Shown: positions 50,348 to 63,542 of the stretch, piece by piece
Layout of the letters: the number at the start of each line of letters is the position of its first letter
Position numbering within the stretch: position 1 is the stretch's first letter
Assembly (NCBI GenBank): GCA_048772705.1
Contig: JBLWGC010000051.1
Span: forward strand, 1 to 64,000
Reading direction: 5' to 3'
Origin: Leidyana gryllorum EB-2025a
Taxonomy: Eukaryota > Protista > Apicomplexa
DNA length: 64,000 nucleotides
Program-made: the position numbers and the translations under genes
Notes under the pieces: generated by a model
Databases searched by the model: none
The model's input: only the letters and a program-made list of their open reading frames with translations
Told to the model about the DNA's origin: nothing

Positions 50348-50947
50348 ATTATCCCTATCTGACTATTTTTTATTACTCCCTAGCGCACTGAGGGTTCCTG
50401 CCTTCGATGGTTGCCGAGAGCAAGTGGTCGGAACTTGCTTCGTGGTGCCGCGACATCAGAGCTTCAGAAGCCTGTAATCAAACCGAACCGATCATCCCAA
50501 ACCATCAGATAGACTCACCGACCTACCGTCGGAAGGCGGCGCCAGTTCTGCCGCGTTAAAATCCACGCGAACCAACGCCCCTGCTGCAAGTTCCGTCACA
50601 CGATGAACAATATACACCAGGCAGGGGGTGGGGGGGATCTCCTTTACAGCAGTACTGTTCTTTGATCAATCCGGAAATGAAGGTTTGACGGTATCTATCT
50701 GTATATACACTCTTTCAGCTCAACGCTGTGAAGGGCCAGCCGGCGTGTGGGCAGCGTTAAAGTGAATCAAGTGTGGGGGCTCCAAGCCGCGAGCCGTGCC
50801 AACTCAATGACGTCCGACCTCCTCCGACGTAATGAGCACACTCACAGATGGACAGGGGAGGGATGAGACGACGTGTGGGAAGGGCTGACAGAGGTAGGTA
50901 GCAGGCAGGTAAAGCAGGCAGGTAGGTAGGTGGGTTAAGAAAGGTGC

Positions 50948-53206
50948 TCAGTCTTTACCCATTGCCTGTTCTCGTCGGAACGGCTCCAAGTGGAGCATAT
51001 CCAGAGCTTGAGAGATGTTCGAAAGCTGAGGTTGACTTAGGGTATTTGCAGAGTATAACTGTGACGAAGGAGAGGAAACTGCTTGACCATTCATTGTCGC
51101 CTGCGAGACGGGGAGCGATCGCGGCTGTGGCCTCGCCACATTTTCCGCGGCTCCGCGCGCCGCTAAGAGCGCAGCCATAACATGCAGTGGGTGTGGGGGA
51201 ATTCGGACCCTGGATCCGTCCATGTTGGGATTGCTTCCATATATGTGCTGCTCGTCACCCCCATCGAACTGAGCTGCAAAGACATTATCAGAACCTCTTC
51301 AAACGCATCCGTATACACTCAGACCACGTAAAACTAGCATCAAAGGACATATACTAACAAAGCGCAAGTCATTATGTACAAACACACGGGATGCACACGC
51401 GAAAATAAGTCAAATCACAATAGGCATTTGGTGATCAAATATTAGTACATGGAACATCAGCCGCACTTTCATGCAATACGAGCGTAAATCGACGAACGAG
51501 CATCAACAAGCCTACGCGTAAGCAACTTACGGGCTGCAGCGGACTGAGAGTGAAGCTGATGTTGGGGAGCAGTAGACTGCTGAGGCGGAGGTCCAGTGCC
51601 AGGCCCTTGTGAAGCATTAGCAGCGGCCTGTGAGCCTTGCTGCTGGCCTTCAGGGGCCCCAGCATCTGTCTGACCCTCTGCCTGATCCGCGACTTGTGGA
51701 ATCTCTATCACTTCATCGGACAAAGAGCTGGCAGGCGTGTCGGTCAGACTGAGTTGTAAAACGGTTCTTCCAACCTGGACAGCCAGCATGTCTGCAGTAG
51801 AGAAGATAGATTGGAGAGGGGTTTGTAGCGGGGAAACGCACCGTTCTCGACCTGTATAGGACGTCTCAGAGCTACCAAGGTACCGAATTTGGAAGTATGG
51901 TCCTCCAAATAGAATGTTCCTCTCTCAAATCGGATCATCGCGTGGAACCTTGATATCGAAACATCAGCAATGCGAACATCAGACTCATGCCCTCGTCCCT
52001 GGAGTGCGGTAGTACATAGAATGTTGGGGTTTATCACGTACCAATTTGCAGTCTTTCTTCACTGCCATGCTGCACAGATGCACTCCCTTGTTGGTCGCCT
52101 GAATTAGAAAATTGACACATCAAGCGATGATAACGCAAACTGCTCACCCCGACCTGGTTCTCGAGCACAATAAAGGGTGGAGCCACATTAGGAATCTTGA
52201 CCACATTATATCGCACTGAAAGATTGATTTGACGGTAAAATCTTGCACTGAGTGTCAGCCTTACCACCGCGGTGGACAACAGAAGACGGGAACGGCGACT
52301 TGCACAACTCGCACTGCAGTTGCCTAATAAAGAAGCACGACCGTTGTGGGTCTTCCTGCGGTAGATAGAAACAAATGTGCCGATGGACGGATTGTCAGAA
52401 GCAGCTGCTTACGTTTAGATTGAGTCGGCTGTTCACCCAGTGCTGTAGACAGCCGAGATGAATATACATTATAGACCCTGGGGATGAAGCAGCAGTAGGT
52501 TGGCGATGGATGCTTGGTGTTCGTACCTTTGCATTGGCAGGCTCTGACCAGCGGATCCTGATCGTTATTACCCTCCAGCAGACAGATGCGGCACTGTTGC
52601 GTCCGGCTGTCTTCATTTGTGAGGTCGGATATGGGCACTTCGACGTCATCGAGCTTGAAGTCCACCGTCTGCCCGGCTGATTCCTCGGTAACGAGCTGTT
52701 TGACACGCAGCTTGAAGCGGCCCAGCTTGATTATGTCACCCTCGACCAAGGGATACCGGCCTTCCTGGAGATGTTTGATGATCAGCCAGAGCTTCCGGTG
52801 TTGTATATTGATTCCGCCAATGCAGGAGGCGCGATCGGCCGGGTAAACATAATAGCGGCCTGTAGAAGAAGGTTAGATGCAAGGCTGGAGCCCCCAGAAG
52901 GCTTTACCTTCACGGGAACGTATGGATAACAGGAAGTCGGTGCCGTTCGGTAGTTCGCGGCCGTCAGGAACGACAGACACCTCTAGCTGATGTCGAAAGA
53001 CACGGCTAGCCCGACGGAGGAGGAAATGTTTGTTATAGACATGGCGTGACTCGTAGTCGAAGAGTTCGTGTGAATCACGATTCCATGTTGTACTTTCGAT
53101 CCTCAGTCTGCGTCAGAGTAATGTAAAGATTGGTTCGGGCGACTCACACTTGGTCGGCGTGGTGAGAGGTGGGCTGCTGCATCCGAGGGTCGGGGGGGGG
53201 TAGCAT
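50948..53206 (-). CDS. FHA + RING-variant (RINGv) protein, alveolate family
   Basis: TWNRDSHELFDYE, GDIIKLGRFKLRVKQ, CRICLLEG...PLVRACQCKG(S)IMYIHLGCLQHW, CELCK, GRGHESDVRIADVSISRFHA...DHTSKFGT. Confidence 0.88.
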
Positions 53207-53356
53207 GTTTGTGGGCAGTTTGGGACGTCACTTTGACCTGGAAAATATTTGTTGAACGCTGAGCGGAACTCTTGCACCCCTACATGTGGTAACACTACTG
53301 AGACACCACTCTGCGCATGCAATGACACCGGACTACACCAGGTAAAAAGACCACCG

Positions 53357-53945
53357 TCACTGTCTACGTCTCCGCCTACTACCACGAGTATGACTTCTCT
53401 TCTGATACAGACTCGCTCGCTCACTTTGTGTCAGGGCGACCTTGGCGGGCGCCCCCTCGGGGTCGCCTCGGTCGGCGCCTCTCTGATGTCGTTGAAGTCC
53501 TTCTGGGCTCCGAACTTGGCGGCGGCGAAGCGATTGGTGTCTCATCGGGTCTCTGGAATCCAGGGGCGTTGGTGTCAAGTAAAGAATCAGATTTCGCCAG
53601 TTTGATGACTATGAAAGGGACCATGCGGGTTCTCGTGATAGGCCCTTCTTCGGCGCTATGATCTTCGGGTTCGTACGTATCAGTCAACTCCGTCATGCCG
53701 ATTTGGCATTCCTGAAAGAGTCCTCCAACCTTGCGTTTCAGCGTCTCGACGGTCGTCACTGCAGTCGCGATAGCGAGACCAGAGGCGCGGATCACAATAA
53801 GTTCTTTTTCTTGTTCCTTAAGAACGCGAGTGGCATACGAAACGTACTTTCCCGCGCGCCCTGAGCCAGTAACACGGATCTCATTCTCGGCAGACTCCTC
53901 TTTGGGCCGCTCCACGCGTCGATACTTTCCCGTCTTCGAGTCCAT
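53357..53945 (-). CDS. ALBA: Alba DNA/RNA-binding protein (Rpp25/PfAlba1-like) with Arg/Gly-rich tail
   Basis: YRRVERP...NEIRVT...KYVSYA, ASGLAIATAVTTVETLKRKVGGLFQ, TDTYEP, PGFQRP. Confidence 0.88.
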
Positions 53946-54068
53946 TATCACAGGTTATCAAAAAAAACGTTTCGCAAAGGAGACAGAGTTTCACAAAGTA
54001 GACACCTTCAATATCGATTTGAGGCAGTGTTCTGCACACACGCACCACCGCACACACTATCGTCCCCT

Positions 54069-55318
54069 TTATTCTTTCTGTGCTTCTGCAGCACTGAGCA
54101 ACCACTCAACGTTTGACTTGACCGCGAAAACCGAGGCAGCACTAGCCAACCCGAACAGTATCAAATCGCATACCACTGACTGACACAAGGCACTAATCCC
54201 CACAACACATACCAGAAGGGCGATTGAGCATCTTTTCTGTACCTGCCATAGTCGCACACACCATAACACACCATCGGTTGCACCATGCCGTCGTACCTGC
54301 CAGGCTGAAGTTTTTATGGCGAATTTGCCTTTACGGTAGATAGTGCTTGCGCGGTCGAAAATTGCCGATGAGCAGAGTAGGGAGAATATGGGGACGAGTA
54401 AGAACAATGGCGGATTCATTACCAATGTCTGGCAAACGTGGAATTAGTCTGCACCTTTCACTTACTATGAGTAGGTAGCAGGCGAGTGACACCACATAAC
54501 GCATACTGTGCTCATCCTTTGCCCATCCAAGCGACCAGGCCAATCTGTAGCAAGCCACATAATCAGTGGTCCGCAAGCAATACGTCGAGCCGCTTACCTC
54601 ACACTGGAGTAAAGGCAGAACAAATTGGCGAGATATAGAAACACGGGTCCGGGAGCAAAATTGCCGTACAAAGTTGTCGTGAATATATTGGGTAATAGCC
54701 ACTTTGTCATGCAGAGCACTGGAACCAACAAAAGGTTCACTTCGTCAACAGTGAGCCGTGATCCTTCCTTGCGGCCCAAGAGCACTCGCCCAGTTGACTG
54801 ATGAGCCCAACAGCCAATGTAGAAAGGGATCTATTGGTGAGGGGATCTGTGAATTGTTTGCGCATACTCACTTGGCTAAAGAATAAAGTCATCAGCGTGC
54901 ATCTCGACTGGACCAGATGCTTCCGGTCGCCAATGCCCAAAAAGAGGCCATATTCACCTTCGATAGGCATAACGGCAGCTACGATGATCACCGACAGCAG
55001 TGTGCTCACAACGGAGTCCACAAAATGATCGAGGTAGTCACCAGCAGCACTCGACAAACCCCTTAAACGGGCTTGTTTACCATCACAGTTGTCGCAGATG
55101 GAGTAAAGCATCCAAAAGACCGCCGTCAGCGGCCATGAGTCATACTTCACTGCAATCCAAGCCATGATGGTGAAGGCACAGCCCAGACATGTCAGCTGAT
55201 TTGGTGTCACTTTCGGTGGGATCACTCGCTCGCATAACCAGTCACATGCTGGGCTAACCACGGCCCGGTAAAAGGGCGAGGTTGTAGGGGTGTGGTATAC
55301 GTACACTGTGCTTGCCAT
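54069..55318 (-). CDS. CDP-alcohol phosphotransferase (choline/ethanolamine phosphotransferase-like)
   Basis: PPKVTPNQLT, DNCDGKQARLRGLSSAAGDYLDHFVD signature, multiple TM segments; 3' end approximate. Confidence 0.85.
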
Positions 55319-55337
55319 CCCCCACTGCCCCAAAAAA

Positions 55338-56898
55338 ATGGACTCTGAGGAAGATGAGCGGCCATATATAGACAGAGCTGCGTTGAGGAGGGAACAGGAG
55401 GCGCGCTTGGCACGTGAGACTCCTGATGAGGTCCATGCCAACTTCACCAAGCTGGTGGCTCAAGGGAATCCAGATGGAACCGACGATGACCAGTCGCACC
55501 TCATTCATGGACTGGACCGTGTGCTGCTCGAAGAGCAGCGACGCAAGATGGCCGCTACTGTCCGCCCAGAGGACATAATACCTATGGAAGACACAGCGTT
55601 CGATCCCGAAGCAGTCGCCTGGGCCAAATCAGTACTCACACCCATCACTACCAAAATTCACCCACATTCCGTGAATTGCAAACCGGCCTTGCAGCGCTTG
55701 CAAGACTTTATCTCCGGAGGTGGCCGGTTCCGGGGGAACCCAAAGGTCTTTCTCCCCGGCCGAATGACCTTCATGTTCGATTCTTCATCAACATTGAAGC
55801 TTAATGATATTCCTCGGGCCGTACACACGCCCAAAGAAGACACCGAAATAGAAGAGAGCTCGATCCACTACAGAAGGACCGTCTGGCCTTCGGAAGTCAC
55901 CAAAGGTATATTACGCGACGCCTTCAAAGGCCTCCAAACCGTAGGAGGAGGCGGGACCAGCCTGGCAGCCTTGATGCAAAATGGTGGCATGGCTGAAGAC
56001 GCTCGCGAGCATCGAACATCTGACATTGCTGAAACGTCGAAAGCCAAATCCAAGGCGATCGCCGCGGAACCCGCTCCCCCGGCCGACGAACCCATGGATG
56101 ATGATATATTTGCTGATGTGGGTGGACTCGATGTTGGAGCCGAACTCCGGAAAGCAGCTGCTGGGCAGAAGAATGCTTCTTCTCGTGTGAGTGGTCAGAA
56201 ATCCAAGCTCTTGGCGGAGAAAGAGAAACTTCGACTAGAAGTTGGCCTTTTGAAGCTCAGCGCCGCCGAACAGGAACGAAAGGCTGCTGAGCAAGCGGAA
56301 GAAGAAGAGAAAGCAGCTCATAAACGCCAATTAGAGCGTCCACCTGAGGAAGCACTATCGCCAGCCGAGAACCCCTTCAGCCTGCAGAATGCTTCCCTGA
56401 TTCCTTTGATCAATCAAAGAGCTGCGGACCATAAAGCGCGCGTTGCCCGTGCCACGACCCAAGAGCTTCAAGAGGCTAGTGAAAGGGCTGACGCCGAGTA
56501 CGGAATTACTACTTATGACTTTGACGAATGGGCGGACGAGAATGACGTCTTGACTGCGGATGATCGGGCTAGATATGCTCTGGGGAAGAAGGTGAGTGTG
56601 TGGTGTCTCTTTGCGTGTTTGTGTGTTTGAGTGTGTGCGCGCGCGGGGGCGTCAAGGATCAATTGCTTGTGATCTTCAGATGGCAGCCAAGTACGGGAAG
56701 AGTGAGAATGATCCTGAAATTTTACGCCGAGTGGAGGCGGCCTTGCGCAGAACGAAGGAGGCTCAACACAGCGTTGACCGGCAGCTTACTAAAATTACAA
56801 AAATCCTCGAGGGAAAACGTGGTAGATCGGACGATGCAGGACCATCAGAGCCGAAACGTCCTCGCTTAGGGTCTGGATTAGTATCCGATGGTGAATGA
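55338..56898 (+). CDS. RED/IK (SMU2)-like spliceosomal protein
   Basis: YIDRAALRRE, SHLIHGLDRVLL, FLPGRMTFMFD...DIP, DDDIFADVG, DRQLTKITKIL. Confidence 0.8.
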
Positions 56899-57034
56899 CT
56901 TGGTTAGAAAAGCTCGCTGGTTGGCCAGAATTCGTTGCATAACTCATAGGTAGATTCATCCATTCATACAGTGCACCCAAGAGAGTGGGCCGAAGTTTAA
57001 TTCCAGTAGGGGCATTTCAAAAAGCTGACTTTGC

Positions 57035-60000
57035 TCAAGCGGAGACTACATCTCTTCCGATCTTGTTGAGACCGTTAGTTTCAACATGTGACAACTTGAT
57101 ACCTCCCATGTGTTGAGCCACAACCTGGGGTCCTCCGAGTTTGCGGACAATATCGCAGATCCGTTTGTCGATGCCAGCATTGGAGTTGGCGGATTTGTAG
57201 ATGGCGCCGAAATACCTCATGATAGCGGGCAGGTTGCGTCGCTCTGGGCCTCCCCAGAACATGGAGTCGAGACTCTCATCCAATATCTTGGAGAGCTGTT
57301 CGTTGACAGTTTGTGCCTCTTCGTCGTCGTTCTTGAGAGGTTGGCTGTTGATGATGAGATCGGCGAACTTTTGTAAAACGGCGGGTTCGAACAAGTTGCT
57401 GTGGTGTACGAAGACGCTGAGAAGAGCGCTTATGGCGTTCTCTGAGGCGTCGCGAGACTCTCTGTCCCAGGCCTTGCTGTCCTCGAGCACGGCGCAGAGA
57501 CCTTTTGCGGTTTCCAGGACGAGAGCAGTATCGCAGTTGCTCAACTTGACAGCCACAGAGAGAGCGAAAGCGCAGGCCTGACGGACGGCTGGGGAGTTGT
57601 CGCGGAGCATGAGGACAATTTGAGGGAGGGTGTTGCCCAAGAAGACAATGCCGTCATTTCCCAGCTTGTCCAGAATGTCACAGCAGACATATACAGCCAA
57701 AGAGCGGTCGGCAGAGTTGCGGGTGGGAACGATCATAGTGTTGATGAACTCCAAACAGAGTGCAGCGGCGTGCTGGCAGAAGAGTTGGGGATGAGTGCTC
57801 AATAGGGACTCGAGGACTTGGAGGAGTGTCTCACGATAGATCTGCTCGCGTTCGGCTTCTTCGTCGCATTGGTCGCGGTCCTCCTCGTCGCAGTCGGCAC
57901 CCAACTTCATTTCCTCGAGGTGTGCGCGACGTTTGGAGCTTTGCTCGATGAGCTCGAAGACCTTCTTGCAGATGGTCTCGACATGAGGGCCGGTGAGGAC
58001 GCCGGGGCCAGCACCAGTGATACACTGAGCCAATCCACTGGCGTTGGCGATGAGATGCTCGACTCCACGGAGAGTGACTTCCTCTTCGTCAGACACAGCC
58101 TCGAAGATTGTCTGCATGACCTCGAGCATCCAGGCTTGGAGCTGGACGGGACCAACGCCTCCGTCACGGCCGGCGGCGAAGAGGTGAGACATGGCGACAA
58201 GAGCGAGTCTCTGGACGCTGTCACTGTACTTGAGTTTCAAGAGAGGGGCCACAGCAGTGACTGTTTGTTGGACATAGGGGCCAAAAGTGCCTTCCATACT
58301 CTCGACAACGGCTGTGAGTAATTGGAGTTGGAGTTCAATGTCATTCAAGAGACTGGTCTTGACGCCACTGTATCCACCGCTGGACAAGCAGATGAGGGTA
58401 TAGTCGACATCGCTGCCTTCTTCGGGGTTGATCTGCTCTTCAGGGACGCTGAAGCTGGCGAGCATGGAGGGGAGAATCTCGCGGATGTATGGACCAGAGG
58501 CTTTACCCAAACACTTCATCAGGCGTCTGAGTCCTTCAAAGACGTACTCCTTGACAGGATCGTCGGAAGCCATTGGGATCTGATATAATTGAATCAATGC
58601 ACTGACAATGCCCTGAATGTCGTTGGGCACAGCTTGGACGCCGACCGAATACACAATGATACTCAAACATTCCAGAGCTCGGCCACGGAGCTGACGGTCT
58701 TGTTGGGCAACGCAGACCTCGACCAAATGTTTCATCAGAGGAACGATAGTCGCGATCCACGGAAGGAACTTCTCACTCAGAACACCGCTGATGACGGCAA
58801 CGCAGGTGACACACTGTTCGCGGATGCCACGATGCTGTTTGGCAACGCTCTCGGGTGTCATGTTGACGTCGCTGGGCACGTGGAAGTTGTCTCCCAAACG
58901 AACCATAATCTTATTCATGACCTCCTGGACGTGAGGCAAGAGGTCGTCGCACTCCACCTCCTCGGCAAAGTTGACAAAAGCAGCGAAGGCCTGCATCTGA
59001 ACTCTGGCCACTGGATCGTCGAAACAGCGAATGAAAGCCGGGAGCACAACTTGGTGATAGGCCATTTGGACATGAGGCTGATGATCGAGAGCAACTTGAC
59101 CCAAAGCACGCAGTGCTGCGAACCGCACGCGATGGTGGTCGGCAGCTGTCTGTTGCAACAACAAATCAACCACTTGTGCCAAGTCGTGTTCGACCTTCTC
59201 CTCCGGCATAAACTCGATGGTCTGAGAGATAGCAACAATACCGGCGACTTTGTGGTGCCAGTCGTTCTGTTTCAAATACTCCCCGACGCGAGCGAAAATG
59301 AGCGGCAGAGCAATTTCGCCGCCAACGGCTCTGGCGACGCGGTCGAGACCGGCTTCACCGACGTCGTAATTCTGAGTCTGCAAGAAGGAGAATAAACGTC
59401 ACCACAGTCCCGGCGAAACAATTAGAGCGCTCACCTCGTCGTCGTTATCGGTGGTCAACTCGCGGTCCATCCAGGCGGAATCGTCCTCAGTGTCCAGCAT
59501 AAACTTCATCAGAGTGTCCAAAAGGCTGTCTATGAAACCGGCGGTCTTGCTGGCCATCTTGGGCTTCGCCTCGACGATTGTCAGGAGGAACTCGGCGCTG
59601 AACTGACGAGTAGAGTCATCGCACTCCTCGTTGTTGGCAATCTGCAGAGCAGTGGCCACAACGTTGACGAGGTGCGGCTTGAACCACTCGGGACTCAACT
59701 CAGCGGCTTCAATGAGACGCTGGAGCACTTCGGCGCACCGACCCTCGTCACCAACAGCCATCTGTTGGGTGATGGCCATAATGGCGGGCACGAACTCCTC
59801 GAAGATCTTCCATTTGGATCGGGTCTCGTTGGACACATATTGGACCACCAAAGAGATGGCAGCCACTTTGAGGTCGGGGTCCTCCTGAGTCAAGCGGTGC
59901 TTAAGCAACTCAGCGAGGGGAGCGATGCCAGCGCCGAGGTATTCGCGCAAATTGGGCATCAGCTCGGCGCAAATGTTCAGACCGAGCACTTGGACGGCGG

Positions 60001-60427
60001 GGCGGGCGTGATTGATCATGTCACTGATATGCCGAGGCAGCTCCGGCCACTCTTCATTGTCTAAGAGAACCCTTCCGAGGTCAGAGATGAGGTCTCCGAT
60101 TGCTCGCAACACAGAGGACTCGGTCTCGGAGGCTGCGATGGCCAAAAGTTGAGTTTTGATGACATTGCGCGTATCTTCCGAGATCACAATCCAAACGTTC
60201 TCGGGGTTTCCGAGGAAGAAATCACGGAACAGATTCCGGAACGTTATGGCTGCTTGCTGACGACGTTCATTGGCAGTATCAGACTGCAGCACAGTGAGCA
60301 AAGCCTGGGCCAAGTGGTCAGGTGCAGTGGCTTTCAGATTGTTGAAGGTTGCCTCCGCCGCTGTTCTCACACCGGCGTCTGTGGCGAGGAAGCCCTCTAA
60401 CATCTGGGCGATCGATGAGACGTCCAT
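57035..60427 (-). CDS. IPO5: Importin-5 / karyopherin beta-3 (Pse1/Kap121)
   Basis: HEAT repeats; RTAAEATFN, WPEL, GEAGLDRVARAVGG, HHRVRFAA..ALGQ, LRGRALECLS, SENAISAL; one intron near 59382-59434. Confidence 0.9.
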
Positions 60428-60512
60428 CCTGCTGCCTCCTCTCTTCTCGGACTCCCTCGCTCTTAGCAACAAAAAAAAAGTTTCGGCACTGGCAGTGAGA
60501 CACCCAAATTTA

Positions 60513-61339
60513 TTACACAGGACATAGGCTGCTTTCTGTCAGAAACTCCTCAACATCAAAGACTTGGAGGTACCTGCAAACAGACAACGCCATATCTCTT
60601 CCTCCTCGCACACACACACGCACGCACGCACACCCAAACTACCAGTGCTGCTACTTCACACACTTACCCTTGCTCTTTGATCGTGTGATTGATTAGACTT
60701 TCGCGCACGGTGCCCGAAACAGTGACCGCTGCCACGTCAGTTTCCGCCCACTCGGTCTGGTTGGCTTGTAGCGCCACGGCCTGCAGCAGTCAGTAGTATG
60801 TCTGGAGAAGCGCTTAGCTTAGACTTTGAACTCACACTCCAGCTCAGGTCGCCCACATCACCCTGCAGCAGTCGTCGAATTTGATTGAAAGTTGATCGAT
60901 CAGTCATTACTCACCTTGAGAACCAGACAGCTCCCCTGCGTCTTGCTGATGGCGGTCGCGAGATTGCGCAATGTGGCGTGCTCGAGTGCATTCTTGGCTC
61001 CCTCATTGTTCACATCAGAGACCGGGAAGAAATATAGGCCCATGATGCTCTTCTCCGCACCTTTGACATCGCCCTCGACGCCCATCACTTTGCAATACTC
61101 TTCGATCTGCCAGAATTCGTGGAAAGAGACTCCCTTCTTGCCCGTACCATCGCCAGGGAGACTGTGATCGGGGCCCCGACAAACAAGTTGTGACTCATCG
61201 GCACTGCATCCGTAATCGTCCATACATCCTTCTCGTGACTCCCGATCAGTACACCGATCACGACCTTCAAGGAGTGTTTCAACGCGTGGCCAAGGCTCTT
61301 GGCAGCAGCGTACTCTCCCAGCGTGACCTCAAGGGGCAT
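60513..61339 (-). CDS. EMC8: ER membrane complex subunit 8/9 (MPN-like, UPF0172)
   Basis: AAAKSLGHALKH...VIGVLIG...ITDAVPMSH...VSLAM(I)EEYC...IMGLY; last exon LQVFDVEEFL. Confidence 0.75.
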
Positions 61340-61419
61340 AGTGTTTTGTCCTGTGTTATTTGGCGTGGGTTTTTTGAAGAATTTTTTGCTCTGCAGGCTC
61401 TCAAATCACAGGCACAGCA

Positions 61420-62318
61420 ATGGGTAAGCAGTTAAATTATCGATAAAACCGTCAAACAATGTGTGTTCTGCAGCAACTACTGAGACTCGCGGACGTGGCG
61501 GATTCGGAGGCGGCTTCGGTGACCGCGGTGGAATGAGCGGTGCCCCTCGTGGCCGTGGCGGTGCTCGCCCCCCTCGTCCCCAGAGACGTGGACAGGATGA
61601 GAAACAGGCCTGGATCCCCGTTACCAACCTCGGCCGTCTGGTCAAGGCTGGTGCCATCAAAAGCATCGAGGAGATATACCTTCACTCCATCCCCATCAAG
61701 GAGCACCAAATCGTTGACCACTTCTTCGCCAGAAGCCCCATGCCCGGCCAACCAGCGGAAGACAGACCCGGCCTCCCCGTCTTGCTCGATGAGGTCATGG
61801 GCATCAAGCCCGTCCAGAAGCAATCCAGCTCTGGTCAGCGTACCCGCTTCAAGGCTTTCGTCATCGTCGGTGACTCCAAGGGCCACGTCGGATTCGGTGC
61901 CAAGTGCGCGAAGGAAGTTGCCACCGCTATCCGTGGTGCTATCATCGCCGCCAAGCTCTCCATCGTCCCCGTCAGAAGGGGCTACTGGGGTAACAACATT
62001 GGTCTCCCCCATACCGTGCCCATGAAGGTCAGCGGCAAGTGCGCTTCCGTGCGCTGCCGTCTCATCCCTGCCCCCCGTGGTTCGGGTGTTGTTGGTTCTC
62101 CCATCGCCAAGAAGCTCTTGCACTTCGCTGGTGTCAATGACTGCTTCACCAGCTCCTCCGGTCACACCCGTACCTCTGGTAACTTCATGAAGGCTTACTA
62201 CCAGGCTTTGAGCCGCACTTACGGCTTCCTCACCCCCGACCTGTGGAAGGAATCCTCCTTCACCCAGTCGCCTTTCGACAAGCACGCCAAGGTGCTCGAG
62301 AAGGTCGCCGAGAAGTAG
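61420..62318 (+). CDS. RPS2: 40S ribosomal protein S2 (uS5)
   Basis: RGG N-terminus, [44 protein letters not shown]; intron right after ATGG at 61424. Confidence 0.97.
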
Positions 62319-62529
62319 GGTGTGTGAATCCTCTTAGTTGCTTGCCTGTGGCTTTCGAATAAAACTAAGTACCTGTGTCAGCACGAGATGCCTGCTGGCT
62401 GACGAAACGATTAATCCGTTCACCATTGTATCACCACTGGCCCCAGTCAGTCTTCAGTCCACTACTTGGCACTTTCACCCCCCCACTTTGGCTTCATTTC
62501 GTCTCACTCCATGGTGGATTTTTCCGCTC

Positions 62530-63465
62530 ATGTCAAAACGGCAACGTGAAGCGGACCGGTATTATGTCTTTCGGTCCAGTCCTGGTCTTGCGGGGCCAGC
62601 CATCTTCACGGACTGGAAGGATTGCGAATCGTATGTAGTTGGGTCTACGGGTAAGTGAATGTGGTTAATGCGAGTGAGCACACACGTGTGGTGAAAGCTG
62701 ACAAGCCTTGCGAATTCCGCAAGTTCTATTGCCTCGAAGAAGCCACGGACTATCTGAAGAACAGATCATTGTTTCCCGTGAAGGTAGGATTCGGTCTGTG
62801 TAAGTAACTAACTGGCGGTCAGGATGAAGAGCAAGAGCTGAGTAATGACGTAAAACGTCCTAGGGTGGAAATCGTGCCATCCACTAGCTCAGGATCAATA
62901 TTAGATTGTGCTCCCTCCGTACCGAATGCCGCTCCTAAGAGCCAGCCAAGTAAACGTAAATTGAAGCGCGAGCAGCATCAACCTATAACCGTGAGAAAGT
63001 GGAACTGGTTTGACTTGGACGGGTGGTTGGTAGGACGTCTATACGGATGGAGCTTGCTCCAAGAACGGATTTAAGGGTGCTAAGGCTGGATGGGGAGTGT
63101 ATTACGGCCCAAATGATCCGCGTAACATGTGTGGAGAAGTTGGTGGGGCACAGACCAATCAGCGGGCTGAGTTACAAGGCATCCGCGAGGCATTGCAGCA
63201 AGAGCGTAATACCACGTACCCATTGAGGGTGAACACGGATTCACAGTATGCCAAGAAAGCCGTCACCGAATGGTTGCCGAACTGGAAGAACAATGGTTGG
63301 AAGAACTCTGCGGGAGCGCCGGTGGCGAATCAGGATTTGATTCGCGACATTGACAATTTGTTGCAGAGCAGGATGGGGAAGACGGAGTTTCGCTATGTTC
63401 CGGGTCACTCGAATGTTCATGGAAACAATGAGGCAGATAAACTTGCTCGAAAAGCCAGGAGGTGA
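62530..63465 (+). CDS. RNASEH1: Ribonuclease H1 with N-terminal hybrid-binding domain
   Basis: YYV...IFTDWKDCESYV...FRKF; VYTDGACSKNG, AGWGVYYG, QTNQRAEL, TDSQY, WKNNGW, VPGHS..GNNEADKLA. Confidence 0.92.
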
Positions 63466-63542
63466 GGAGCTTAGCTGTTACGGAGTGTGTGCACCGGTCC
63501 CCTTGGCACTTTCTTTCGTCTAAACAAGGATTTTGGGTAGAG

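Noticed and set aside
50350-50945. Longest apparently non-coding gap, with G-runs and AGGT/AGGC repeats, as a possible ncRNA or G-quadruplex
   Set aside because: No recognisable RNA family or clear structure; consistent with UTR/promoter sequence and degenerate microsatellite.
57110-62285. Long antisense ORFs over importin-5 and RPS2
   Set aside because: Same codon-bias artefact.
63040-63465. RNase H as a possible retroelement remnant
   Set aside because: It has an N-terminal hybrid-binding domain and introns, with no RT, integrase or LTRs: cellular RNase H1.
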